From contig CP158635.1 of the NCBI GenBank assembly GCA_050273025.1, positions 4,836,001 to 4,900,000 of the forward strand: a stretch of 64,000 nt of DNA. Direction: 5' to 3'. Each line of letters begins with the position of its first letter. Within the stretch, counting starts at the first letter, position 1. The notes beneath the pieces were generated by a model. It searched no databases and was not told where the DNA came from. It saw only the letters and a list, made by a program, of their open reading frames with translations. Below, piece by piece: positions 26,922 through 39,873 of this stretch. Origin of the DNA: Cenococcum geophilum. Lineage: Eukaryota. The position numbers were made by a program, and so were the translations under genes.

Positions 26922-28117
26922 CTCGAACAGTTGAGGTATCAAGGGTGCGGGGTTCAAGATTAAGATGAACACCAAAAAGCTAAGAACAAAGTCCACTTAA
27001 GGCCCACAGCCTCAGAAAACCATACAATGCAATATTTTTGGAATAAAAAAAATTGATGGAAAGCGTGTATTTAGAGCGGTAGGATACGGATTAGCCTAGA
27101 TGATGGAATCACACGTCAGCCTTCAGTTGGCTCAAACAGCGCGAATTTGCCACTATCGTGAGTCGAAGGGTAACATGTCGAATGGCCAAAAACCCCAGGG
27201 TTATTCTGGGGAAGACACGAGGGAGAAGGAAGAAGCGGTAGGCTGTGCAGGACGAACAATGACGGACGAGCGGGTTGCGCTCGAGCGTTTCGCAAGCGTA
27301 CCTTTGATATTCATTCGCTTCTACAGAAGACGGCCCACGAATCGTACCGGATGGAAGACGCTGGTTACACTGAATGTGGGCGAGAGAGGGGATGGCAAAG
27401 GGATGGAGAAAGCGAGATGATGGAGAGTGGCGGGTGTTGAGCAAGTTGGCCAGGTCTAGCGGTGGAAATGCGCATGTCAGATGGGGTGCGCCGGAAACTT
27501 CGACCGCTTCCCGTTCAAGCAGCGGGCAGTTTGAGATTGTTTCGGAAGCTTGGATTGGTGTATTGCGGCATGGAATGGGAGCGAGGGAGGGGAAAGATGC
27601 ACCAGTGTGAGAAGCGATTCTGCGAGATGGCATCGATGGGTTGGATTGCTAAGCAGCATAAAAGCGGCGGGTCGGCAGAATCGGCGTTAGGGCTGAGGCG
27701 AGAAAGCGGAGGAACAGGAGAGAAAATATCAGGGGGCCAGGAGCAAGCGCCGCTGGCTTTGTGCATGTAGGTGCCATGTACCTGTGAGAGGGAGTCATCT
27801 CTTGCAGCACTGCGACGAATGGGCGGCTGCAATTGCTGCCATCGCTCAAATCGACCTTCCGCTTTCTGTCTGCCCGAAGGGAACTCCGCTTCTATGACGT
27901 CCCCTCTTGGAGCCTCAGTGAAAAAGCAGCGTCTTCCACGTGATTCGTTCTGGAATCGATCGACCTCACTCTGGCATTCGGCATCTGCCGCTTCGGCCTT
28001 CCCGTCGCTTCCACTCATCCTCCACGACTACGCGCGGCCTCATCGCATCTAATCGCTATAACTTCAGTGTATAATCCGTGAAGAGATCGCCAATCTTGCA
28101 AAACATAATTGAAAGCC

Positions 28118-29134
28118 ATGGCCAGCGAGTTGGCCTCGTTCGAGAGTGACCTGAATGGCTTTCGCCAGCAGGTAAGCCACGACGTAACCCCCATCTCCAT
28201 CCCACATCTCTGTGGCAACTTTTACTAAACTTTTCTTCTTCAACAGCTTGAAACTTGCATGGCTAATTTGCAGTCTGACCCGGGTAATGAGGGTTTTCTG
28301 GACCTGAAGAAAACACTAGATGTTACCATCGCAGAATACGAGTCGATAATAGAAGAACTCAAGCCTGCCATTGCCCAAGAGCAAGCACAGGGCCCTTCCT
28401 CACCACCAGCGAAAGAAAAATGGTCAAAAGAGAACCACCCTGCATACCGAGATGGCTATCGCAAGCCGGCAACACCCCAGAGCCTAGTAGAGGAAGCTGC
28501 AATCCCTACTACATATAAAGTGAATGACACCGTCATGGCAAAATGGGTTTCTGGCGATAAGGTCTTCTACTCGGCTAAAATCACTCTCATCACCGGTTCA
28601 TCATCTGCGCCAAAATACCATGTAAAGTTCATTGGCTATAATAGCACGGATGTGGTGCAGGGATCCGACATCAAGCCCCAATCCAATGAGTCCAAGAAGC
28701 GTAAAGCTGATGGCATCCCAGTAACCCAAACAGCGACTCCTATATCTGGCAATTCAAATGTTATCTCTGCAGCAGCAAGCATCGACCCTATGCTAGCGAG
28801 CCAAGTTCGCAAGGAGCCCAGCAAGGTCAGTGATGGACCGCCTAAGCCTGCTAAAGTTCCCCGCAAAGTCAAGGCGAACAAAGAACTCGAGGCAGGGAAA
28901 AGCAAGTGGATGGACTTCATGCAGAAAGGTCCCAAGACGACTGCTACAAAGAAAGAGAGCATGTTTCGCACACCAGATGGTGTCAACGCACGAGGTCAGA
29001 TAGCCTTTCCAATCCGTTTTTGTTACACATCTGCTGACCCTACTGCAGTCGGGTTTACTGGATCCGGTGCGCCCATGCGCAAAGATCCGAATCGAGGGCG
29101 GCACATCTATCAGGCTGGAGGGGAGGACAATTAG
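28118..29134 (+). CDS. spf30: SPF30/SMNDC1-like Tudor-domain splicing factor; exons 28118-28171, 28247-28994, 29049-29134
   Basis: N-terminal coiled region (QQLE...LQSDPGNE), Tudor domain (YKVNDTVMAKWVSGDKVFYSAKI...YHVKFIGY) and C-terminal KKESMFRTPDGVNARVGFTGSG motif after splicing. Confidence 0.88.
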
Positions 29135-30352
29135 GGCGAGAGATAATGTTAACGGAAATATGCCCGCAGTGGCGAGTGGATAATGGGCCTTGCACACAAC
29201 CTATCCTAACTTCATCTGAATCTGATTTTCTTGATATCAGGAGCTAATGGCTAGTTTGCGATGCACAGATACTGATTACACCGACCTTTGGTTTTCATCT
29301 TGCATGACTGAGGCGTTTTGGTTGGGCTACGGGTATGGTACTGCATAACTTCAACATTCCTCTTGCAAAGAATCTCACATTTGATAGTCCTAGAGCCTTT
29401 CAAATCATATCGGATATCGAGAAGCATTTTATGGGTGGCACAGGATGCATCGCCTAACCCTTGCGATTTGTTACTGACATGTCCTTCACAGACAATGTAC
29501 TAGCGCTTCATATGCCATGAAGTAGTTGTACCCCCGAATGTTAAAATTGGAAATTCCCATTATACCCATTTTGATTGTAACGATTTATATTTTTGGTAAT
29601 ATGCCTAGAATGCCCATGGCCCAAATAGAAATTAGAATAAACATTTTCAAATCTTTGCCCTCTCATTCTCGCTTGACCTCACTATGTGGTTGTTGAAACC
29701 AGTTCAAAAATACTAAGAATGGTCCAGGTGCTAATCGTTCCATCCCGTCCAAAACAGTATCCCTCAGCCCGTTTGGGCGAGCAGAGGGCCCCGTGCGCGA
29801 ACACCAAAATCAGAACAACGCGTATATCTACATAGAATTCAACCATTAAATACACCACTACCTGCAAAATACCGTTCTGCAGGAACGATGGCTGTTGGGG
29901 GTTTGGTGTCGAGCGACTTAGCTTTAAAGATCGAGCTCTTATATTAATTTGCTATAAAATTAAAAGCTTTATATTCCTAAGTACGAGCACCAGATCAAGC
30001 TAATCTGATTGGTGAGTTCTTATCGATAACATGTGTGCCCATTTTAACGGGTTAATGGATACCTTCCATTCCTATTGAATTTTGTAAAAATTTTAATGAC
30101 ATTGTTTGGCTCCCAATTAGTGCTTCCATTATGCCTGAGCCAGACTCTGGTTAGAATGAGCATGGCATATGTACTAACACATTGTGGTATCAAAAGTATC
30201 CCTTCCCACGAGAGGTGGACCGTACGCGAACACTAGAATGATTACGAGCCTTGATCCTATTGATTCTATTAGCCAGCTCTTATTAATAACAGTAGGACGA
30301 AATACACTAGCGGAAGAGTTCAAAACGGCTTTTAGATTACCTTAGTAAGCAA

Positions 30353-30483
30353 CTTAGACGGCAAGGGCAGAGTATAAGGCGCACTCACTAATACTAAAGT
30401 GTCACTAGCCTCTACCTAAGAAAACGCCGCTTTCTTTTAACCAACCAGCTACTACTAACCTTAAGTCTGCCCTGCCGTCTAAG
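30353..30483. repeat. Short inverted-repeat module, copy 1
   Basis: Arms cttagacggcaagggcaga / tctgccctgccgtctaag. Confidence 0.7.
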
Positions 30484-30932
30484 GGCCTTTAGTACGGAAC
30501 TCTCTCCCTTAAGCCGGTGGCGTCCTACGACCAATGCGTAAACCTTAGGAACGCCAACAAATCTAGCTTTCTAATTGGCCAGTTCCTTATCGATAACTAC
30601 ACCACCCCGGCGCATCCGGTTGAAAGCACATATCGATCTTGGTGATCAAACTGCAGTCTATACCTTTTGAAGTAATACGCACGGCCATTTTGACGTATCT
30701 TTACCTTTTTTGGATAAATCTACGCATTTTAATTAACGTAATCAACACGCGCTTTCCACCGGATGCCCCAGGGTGGTGTACAGGACGAACTCCACCGTGT
30801 TAAGGGATAGCGCTTAACTTTAATTTTCGCAACTTTGTACGGCGCCAAATTTAGCTAATCTAACTGGCTGGCCCTTATCGATAACCTAAGGACCCGATTT
30901 GACGTTGCAAGGGAATTTTCGCACCAAAGGCC

Positions 30933-31051
30933 CTTGGACGGCAACCAAGACAGCAATGCTGAAATACAGGGGTCATATAACGCTAGCAGAGGTTTTATAA
31001 AGCTATACTATTTAGGCACTGGGGAATTTGCTGTCTCGGTTGCCGTCTGAG
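30933..31051. repeat. Short inverted-repeat module, copy 2 (inverted relative to copy 1)
   Basis: Arms cttggacggcaaccaagacagcaa / ttgctgtctcggttgccgtctgag; flanks homologous to those of copy 1 on the opposite strand. Confidence 0.7.
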
Positions 31052-31266
31052 TCGCTTACTGAGATAACTGTCAGACGTTAATTTCGGTGGAGGAGTTTAG
31101 TTAGTCAGCTCGGACCCAAAACTCCGCTCCTCCGACAAGCCTTACCACCAACATCGATACTTCACCCGCCACCGCCATTGGATTAAGAGGAAAATAAATA
31201 CCTTTCCTTGTTAGTTATGTACTAGAGCTCCCATGGAAGTTACTACTCGGTGAGGTACAATTCGGA

Positions 31267-34200
31267 ATGGAAGCGGACTGGGATGAGGTATGTGTATCAA
31301 CACTTTAACACGCGCCGAGATTAACGCGCATTCCGTTCGCTATTCTCTTAAATCCCTATTTCTATAATTTCTACCATAGTTCGTCATATCAAATACTAAC
31401 ACCTTTGCACGAGCAGGTCGCTATCATCCAACTGCCTCCACCTGGGCCTCATAATGCTCCAACGCCGGTAACCACATTCGCTTTCGATACATCGCAAGAG
31501 CTGCTATGGATAGGCAACGATTTTGTGAGTACGTTCAACGGCTTCGCGGCCTAATTGAATCGAGGATACTAACTTACTGTGTCCAGGGCCGAGTCATGTC
31601 CTTCTACGGTCCGAATCTTGAGAAATACACCTCTTACAGGGCCCACCCTACAGCCGAAGGAGCTGTCCAGCAGCTATTGTTCACTGAAAAAGGCATATTG
31701 TCGATTTCAAAATGGAGTATACACTTTGCCATTCGTCGTGGCTTAACACAATGGCATCTCACGTATGTTTGGGATCCCAGAGGTGGATATTGGATCAATA
31801 CTAGGGACTCTGGGGCGTGCTGATATATACGTTGCAGAAATGAGGCTTTTAAGGACCTACGATGTGTCAACTTCACATCAAAAGGGACGCGCGAGGTTCT
31901 CGTGGCAGGATGTCAGGACCAGATGTTTAAGGTTGATGTAGAGAAAGGATCTATCACAGAGACTGTGAGAGACTATGTTGGTAATTAACCTGAAAGAAGC
32001 ATCCTAATAGAGGAATAGCTCCCGGCAACAGATAATTATACGATTATGAAAAGAGCGGGACAGTATATTTGCGCAGCAACCAGCACCGGATCAGTGCATA
32101 TGCTTGATTCAGGCACTCTCGCCGTTATCAAATCTTGGAAAGCACACGCGGGATCCATCAATGACATGGATGCGAAATCGGACTTTCTTGTCACTTGCGG
32201 CTGGTCGCCTCGCCAACAGTTTGGTTTTATGCTGGACCCCTTTACAAATGTATTTGACTTGAAGACACTGGCGCCTCTCCCACCGATTCCATTCCATACA
32301 GGAGCCGCATTTGTTCGAATGCATCCACGAATGTCTACTACCAGCATTATTGCATCTCAGAGTGGGCAAATGCAAGTTATTGATCTGATGAATCCAGATA
32401 CGGCCAACCTCCGACAAGTTAATCTTTATGATGCATTCTTGACTGGCCTTGAATTGGCGCCTTCCGGTGAGGCTCTTGCGCTTTCAAACACCAGTTGTAA
32501 CATCCACTTATGGGGCTCTCCATCTAAAATTCACTTCCCCGAGTACAGCAACTCCACAGAATTTGCAGAGCATCCTGTGCCTCCGCCATCAATGGATTGG
32601 TCTTTGGACACGTAAGCTGCACTGAGTTCTTCTGAAGATATAAACCTTACGAGTCTGATTAGGCCCTTGAGCACCGTTGGTATGCCCTTTTACAAGGAAG
32701 CATTACTTTCAGGTTGGCCGAGCCACATGATTTTCGAGGTCGGCGCACCGCCGCCGAAGGTTGACCCAACCGTTCTGGGTAGCATGGCTAGGACCGATAT
32801 TGGTTTCTATGCCAAAAATCCCAAAACTAAACGCAGAAATCAGGTTGAGGATACTCGGTTAGCTGATAGGATAAACGACTCCCTTACAGCCCCAAAATTC
32901 CTGAGTGAAAAGGCACGAGCAGCCCAATCGACTAACGAGTCTGGATCTGGATCGAAGACAATCGAAACTATGGAGACTCTGACCGATTTGCATCTAGATG
33001 ATGTGACAAGAAAGGACGTCCCTGCTATGTATGGAAACGTGGAAATTAAATACAGTAAATTCGGCGTTGACGACTTCGACTTTGCGTAAGTTTACCCCTA
33101 AGATACAATAAGAAAATCTTCTTATTCAGCGACAGCTACTATAATCAGACCCAATTTTCAGGACTGGAAACGCACATTACTAATTCATATGCCAATCCGC
33201 TACTTCAACTTTGTCGATTTACCCCCTGGATTCGAAATCTAGCCTTACACCACACTGCTTCTTCCTGCCTTTACGAGGCCTGTCTACTCTGCGAGTTAGG
33301 CTTCCTGGTTGATATGCTTGAGAAAGCAGGCGGCTTAAACTGCCAGGCCTCAAACTTTTTAAAAACATTTAGCAGTCTCTCCAATGGTATTTGACAGTAA
33401 TCTCCCGGACCAACGTAATTTCACTGACCATTCTCTTAGTCGCTTCGCTTGGCCTACTAGAAGAACTGTCACCAAATGTGGCCCTAACGAGTATGATTCA
33501 GGCCTTCAATCGCTTCCTCCTAGATAAGATTGCAGAGGAATTCAAGCGGATGCTACCCTCTCAAGGCTTACCATCAATCATGGACCAGGTCAATATTACT
33601 ACTCTGTAGTTCATACCAGCATAAAAGGAATGGTTAAACTAATTGTATACAGGTTCTTGAAACGCAAGCATTAGCAAGCATGCGATGCGCACAATGTAAC
33701 AATGAGACTGTGAAAGGCGGAAAGACCTTCGTGAACGAACTGGTCTACCCTTTAAAAGTATTAATTACGTATCGCTCTTGATTCGATTCAATAATTAATG
33801 AATGTAGAACACTGTCAAAAACCCGATGCGAGCTCCTCGGCCTACTTTCTCACAAATCCTCAAGGCAAGCGTAGAAAGGCAAGACCAGACCAGAGGGTGG
33901 TGCACCAAATGTAACCGGTACCAACAAATGGTGCAAAGAAAGACTATCCAGTCAATCCCTGTCGTTCTGATGTTAAACGCTGCCATCCAGAGCCACGAAG
34001 CTAAGCAGTTATGGTCAACGCTGAATTGGCTTCCTCAAGAAATCGGAATTATAGTCGAGCAAGGACAGTTCTTCTGCTACGAAGGCCAGGACTTGAAGCT
34101 TCATCTCCAGAGAGGCGTCTATAACATTATGGTATACGAGCTTATCGGCGTTGTGGCTGATATAAACAGCGGTGAACACCAGAAACCTCACCTTGTGACT

Positions 34201-35350
34201 ATGATTAACAGTGAGAATCGCCGTTCCGTGTATAAATTTATAAGCTAATTTAGTTTAGCGAGTCCATCATCAAGAGATCCGACATCCGAGAATAAATGGC
34301 ACCTCTTCAACGATTTCCTTGTTAGACCAATTCCAAAGGAAGAAGCTCTGCGCTTCGAACCGACATGGAAATTACCTGCCGTTCTGACCTACCAAGCTAA
34401 GTCGGCAAGCCATCAAATCGACGATACATGGAAAGACCATCTTGACACCCAGCTGCTTTACCGGTGGTGGTCTTCTAAGTATGACTTATAATTTTCGTTC
34501 CACCTTCCGCTAATGTTGGTCTAGCCTAGAACCACCTGAGTCGCAATTTAAACTCCTCAACCCTAGCACCGAAGCCCCACGCCCCGGTACTCCAGTTGCA
34601 ATTGACGCCGAGTTCATTCGACTCCAAGCCGAGGAGATCGAGATGAAGGCTGATGGTACCCGCGAAACCATACGGCCTGATCGCAAAGGTCTGGCGCGCG
34701 TCTCCGTCTGTCGCGGCGCCGGCGAACTCGCCGGCTTACCCTTTATTGACGATTACATCTCCGTTACCGAACCTGTCGTCGACTACCTGACGGCCTGGAG
34801 TGGCATATCGCCCGGCGATCTCGACCGCACAACGAGCCCGCACGCGCTCGTCGGTTTAAAACATGCGTACAAGAAACTGTGGCTGCTGCTGAACCTAGGT
34901 TGCGTCTTCGTCGGCCACTCCCTCGCCAACGACTTTCGCACCATCAACATTCACGTGCCGAAGAAGCAAGTCGTCGACACTGTCGATCTCTTCTTCAAGC
35001 GCGAACTTCACCGCAAGCTCAACCTCAAGTTCCTTGCCTGGTGCGTGCTGAAAGAGAAGATCCAGGAGGACACGCATGACAGCATCGAGGACGCCACGAC
35101 CGCGCTGAAACTCTGGAGGAAGTATCAAGAGTTTGTTGACGCGGGAGTCCTTGAGCAGATGCTCGATAACATCTATGCGACTGGCAGGGAGGTCGGGTTC
35201 CGGGCGCCGGGCAGCAAGGACGTCAGGCTTGGAGGTGGTAGAGATACGCCTGAGCCTGGGAGGGCGGATACGCCGGGAGTCGGGGCAGTCACGCCGGCCA
35301 AAAAGACAGGATTTGGCAGGGGCGTGGGATTTGGTAGTCCGATGAAGTAG
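31267..35350 (+). CDS. PAN2: PAN2-PAN3 poly(A) deadenylase catalytic subunit PAN2 (multi-intron)
   Basis: Start MEADWDE; WD40 region; linker [13 protein letters not shown]; pseudo-UCH domain ([23 protein letters not shown]); C-terminal DEDD exonuclease ([25 protein letters not shown]). Numerous short GT-AG introns; not all exon borders were enumerated. Confidence 0.96.
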
Positions 35351-36159
35351 ATTTGGCGGGTATACGCAATCGAAAATAATGGGACGAGGGCTGCCTCTGA
35401 AATTTCTTTTTTTGTTGAGCGTTCTGTTAGCGAGGTGATTTTGGGCCGGATATGGTGTAATGGATTAGTTTAAAAAGGAGGATATCTGTAGCTTGTAACT
35501 TGGATTTTGTATATTTTCTTCTCATCTGAGTATTTTTGATCTTCTACGGTAGGGTAAGCCAGATATATTCTGATGTAGGCTGACATGGAAATGTCTAAAT
35601 AGCTAAATATATTGTCAAGAGACCATGCAGTAATGTTGTTGACAATACGGTAATGCGTGCCGTGGCGGGATGATCTGGCAAGCACGCAAGATGGTGACTC
35701 AACATTCAGCACTCGCCTGCCTTAGTATCTTAACGCCTCAACTTTCTTGCAGTTGCGCAAGGCGTCTCTCCATACGCCCCCTGCTGACGCTTCATGTAGT
35801 CCCCATTGCACGCCAACCAGTGAATCTGATCCGAGTCTACTATAACAACTTCGAACGTCCTGGAACTATTCATAATATCTTTCGCCTTTGATCACCCCAT
35901 CATCTGAGGATGCAGTCACAATCCACATCTGACCTAGATCCCAAGATGACCAACGACTTACACGTATGTAACGCGCTGGTTCGAACAGCACACAGTTCAG
36001 CCTCGCTGCGCAATCCAGGCTCCAGGGCCCAGCCTTCTTAGCGAGCTGCAGAAAGTTCGCCCCGCTTCCCTCATTACTTGAGATTCACCCCGGCGAAACA
36101 CAATATTTTTTTGCTCCTCCACATACCCAAGACAAACGGCCCAGTTCGGTTTTACGGAT

Positions 36160-37405
36160 ATGGATCCGCTAAGCGCGCTAGGTCTGGCCTCGAACATCGT
36201 CCAGCTTGTCCAATTCATCGGTGTAGTAATATCGGACAGTCATGAAGTATACTCCTCCGCGGATGGGGCGCTCCAAAGAAATTATGCGCTGGAAGAGGTG
36301 GCCTGCACGATTGGTCAGAGAAGGAGCTGGCAAAGGTTTTTAAGAAATTGATATTAGACAATTCTTTGCGGCTGGCCTTCTTTATTGACGGGCTGGATGA
36401 ATTCAATGGAAACCACGAGGAGCTCGTACAGCTTATTATCTCGCAAAGACTCTGAACGTCAAATTCTGCTGCGCTAGCCGTCCGTGGCTTGTATTTGAAG
36501 ACGCATTTGAGGGTCGACCGAGCGTCCTACTCGAAAGGTTGACTCAGGGAGATATCACACGCTACGTCTTGGATAAGTTCGAGCAGAACAAGCGTTACGC
36601 TAAGCTAAAAATCCGACGACCAGATCTCTCTAAACTTGTGGATGAAGTTGTAGAAAAGGCCAACGGCGTGTTCCTTTGGGTGTACCTCGTTGTAAAGTCT
36701 TTGTTAGAAGGGCTCAGAGATTCAGATAGGGTTTGTGATCTACAGAAACGCCTGGACAGCCTGCCATCCGACCTCCAAGAATTGTTTGATAGATTGTTGG
36801 AACGTCTCGACACTTTTTACTTCAGGCACGCCTGCCAACTGATTAGGATTGTTCGAGCTGCGAGCATTCCACTTACGGTTCTCGTCATGTCATTCGCAGA
36901 CGAAGATAATCGTAAAGCCGCTATCAGAGCCAAAGTGAAAGCATTGACGAAAACCGGCGTAGCGGATAGAGAGGATGAAATAAGGCGCAGATTGAACAGC
37001 CGCTCCAAGGGTCTCATTGAAGTGTCGGAGAGTAAGAAAGTCCAGATCCTCCACAGGACTGTCAAAGATTTCATCGACACACTGCGCAACTGGACAAAGA
37101 TTGTCAAAGCAGCTAGAGAGTTCTTTGATCCAGTTTTTATGCCGTGCAGCGCCTATTTATTCAAAATAAAGACGGTGAACCCCGACCACCCAGACCGCCG
37201 GCAAGACGCCTTCAAGGCCCTTATCGAATACGCTATTGAAATCCAAGGGGCCAAAGGTACAGCGCCCATCGCTATCCCGGACGAGGCCGATCGAGAGACG
37301 AAACATATAACGACAAAACACTATAATGCCGTCTCCCGCGCTCTGAAGTACCGCTTTGAGAAGTTGGGCAAGTCCAGTGTGGTTTTGGATGATGCGAATA
37401 AGTGA
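36160..37405 (+). pseudogene. Internally deleted and frameshifted NACHT/STAND (fungal NLR-like) gene relic
   Basis: N-terminus MDPLSALGLASNIVQLVQF is typical of fungal STAND N-terminal domains. About 200 nt later come Walker B (LAFFIDGLDEF), a frameshift, KFCCASRPWLVFEDAF and KANGVFLWVYLVV. No Walker A is visible. Confidence 0.75.
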
Positions 37406-37474
37406 GCATAAAACATCCTTATCCAATAGAAAATACATAAAATATCGCAATCGATAAGGATAAAAGTGTCCGTG

Positions 37475-39873
37475 CAGAGCTTCCCTACCCCAACTAGGTA
37501 GAATAGGACTCTACGGTTCTAGCAGAATTTGGCAGAATTTAGTAGACTTGGCAGAATTTGGCAGATATTACGGATATTGCGGATATTGCGGATATTATAG
37601 TAGGAATATATAAGGTGTTATGGGGTCCTTACCTACCTCTCCCCTAGTTATATAGTAGCTAAATACTTATAGAAAAATCCCCTATCTCTCTTATAATTCT
37701 TCTCTAATGCCAATTCTTTAAACACTCTATTTTCTTAAAAGTTTTAGGATCTATCTATATTCTATCCTATAATACCATATAATATCCTCCTAAAAAGACT
37801 CTCTCTGGGTTATTGCTTATTGCTAGAATTAAGAGAATTTTAATTGCTATAAGTAAGAGCCATAGCTACCGCTTTTATTACTGTTTTTAAGACCACTACT
37901 AAAGCATAATTATTAAAATTTTATATAGTGTCTTAGAGATAAAGTCCTTATACTTATCCTAACTTTTTAGTTGAAATATTATACTATTAAGATCCTTAGC
38001 AATCTTATTAAATTTATTAAGGTTTTAAACTAAAGCTAGCTTTTTATATAATAACATACTTTTAGGTATAAAACTCCTATTTTAATATCTCTCCTAAAGC
38101 TCTTTAACGCTATTAAGTATAGGCTTACGCTACTTCTTCTTCTAAACCTGCTTAATATATCTTATATAATAGGCTAGGTAAAGAATAAGTATAGTAATAT
38201 AAAGGGGCGAGTTATCTGTTTTATGGTAATACCTATTAAAGGTATTTTAGGCAATTTTAATACATTTAGAGAACCCCTTATTAGATATATACTTTTTCTA
38301 TTATATAATATTAGCTAAATTAAGAAATAAAGAAGGAAGATAAACTAACCTAGGATTTATTAAGGTATTTTAATTATAATATCTATTATAAAGAGTATAT
38401 TCTTAAGCATTGCTTTATATTCTTAGTATTTTAGGGTTACCTAATAGAATTTTTAAAGAATTTTTATTATTATACGAAGAGCCTCCTAGTTCTTTAGACT
38501 AAGATAGTCCTTTTTAAGTATATTAAGGTTACGCTTAGTATATATATTAAGGGCAAACTCTTTCTAAATTACTACGCTAAGTATAAAATACTAGCTATTC
38601 TATCTTATATAATTATTAAATAGAATTTTTCTACTTATAAAACTTTTAAACTCCCTTATAAAACTAGCTAAGCTATAGGTATATACGGTAATGTTATAAA
38701 GCCTTTTAAGTATACTAGGTTTCTAAAATATATTACTCTTCTCTTACTCCTCTTTTAGATCTAACTCCTTTCCTTTTACTTTACCTTTTTTATATAACTT
38801 AATATTATTAAAACTAGTTAAGTTTTTAAAATAGAAAGCCTATATAGTAAGATTTAAAATATAACCCTAATAGCGGATTTATTAGTAGATAGAATTTTAT
38901 TTAATTCCCTCTTTCTAAAAAAGCTAGTTGCTTATTATATAATAGAGCTTATTATTTATAGTATAGCTATTAAATATAATAGTACCTAGCTTTTATATAA
39001 TCCTGTAGTCCTTTAGCACTAAAAGGAGAGTATTCTATTGCTTATTTCCGCTATAAGAGGCTACTATATAAAGGCTAAGAAAAGCGTTTATAGGCTTTTT
39101 TAGCTATCAATAAATTAGCCATAAATTGTAAAGAGAAGGTAATTATTTAAAGAGGTTTAAATATTAATAGAGAGATAAATACTTATTAGCGTAGACTATA
39201 GCCTCTTTTATATAATATCTTTTTATAATAGCTATTAGTTATAGATCTTTTTACTAACTATTAAATAGGCTATAGTTATATAGCTATCTACTTTAAGATT
39301 AATTAACTATAAAAGGATATAGAACTTTAGCTACTTAACTATCCAAAATAGTAAGTTTTATACGATAATTAATATAATAAGAGCCTTATTAATAACCTCC
39401 TTTTTTAAGACCGCTTAAAGTACTTCTAAATCTAGCTCTTCTGTCTTATTTTAAGACGACGCTTTAAGGTAAAGGTCTTTTAACTAATCCTATATTACTT
39501 CTTTTATATAACTAGTTTTAGGCTTAACTATAATGCTATACTTTAACACTAAGTAGTTTTAAAAGTTAGCAGTTAACAATACAGCGTATAACTCTATATA
39601 GTATTTATAATAAAATAAAAGATAAGCTTTTTTATTTTATACGGGCTTATTACTACCTAGTAAACAGGTATACTCCTATATTAAAAAAGCTGAGTGACCT
39701 CTTATATTTTTTAATTTAGAGGTATTAATAGAGTTAAGAGCTTCTAATTCCACTTCTAAAGCCATATTTGTATAATAATAAAGAAGGAGAAGGCGACTGA
39801 AAATTTATTTGGGGTATGCCAAGACTTATCGCGATAAGGTTTATCCAAAACCACACTAGGCAAGTCCGTCAAC
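37475..39873 (-). mobile_element. hAT-family DNA transposon relic (transposase ~39765 to ~37690), RIP-degraded; element ends approximate
   Basis: Minus frame from ATG 39765: BED-finger relic (LFYYKYY...NF*NYLVLK), ALIILIIV*NLLFWIVK*LKF, and hAT dimerisation motif AISNNPERVF near 37800; ggcagaattt and gcggatatt subterminal repeats at 37520-37597. A matching right TIR was not found. Confidence 0.8.

Noticed and set aside
26922..26996. Upstream extension of the Yap1 ORF (MDFVLSFLV...) in the ORF track
   Set aside because: Starts at a non-ATG codon; the first ATG in good context is at 26921.
27100..28218. Many overlapping 60-170 aa ORFs on both strands
   Set aside because: They lie in the GC-rich divergent promoter/5' UTR region between yap1 and spf30, have no recognisable motifs and mutually overlap; most likely chance ORFs.
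37596..37610. tagtaggaatat resembling the reverse complement of acattcctactg at ~24182-24193, as TIRs bracketing the island
   Set aside because: Only ~12 bp, requires assumed RIP changes, and the orientation faces away from the island, so it does not define a gene-carrying transposon.
37690..39765. Possible Starship captain (DUF3435 tyrosine recombinase) bordering the gene island
   Set aside because: The translation shows BED-finger and hAT dimerisation motifs instead, and the island genes are core housekeeping genes.
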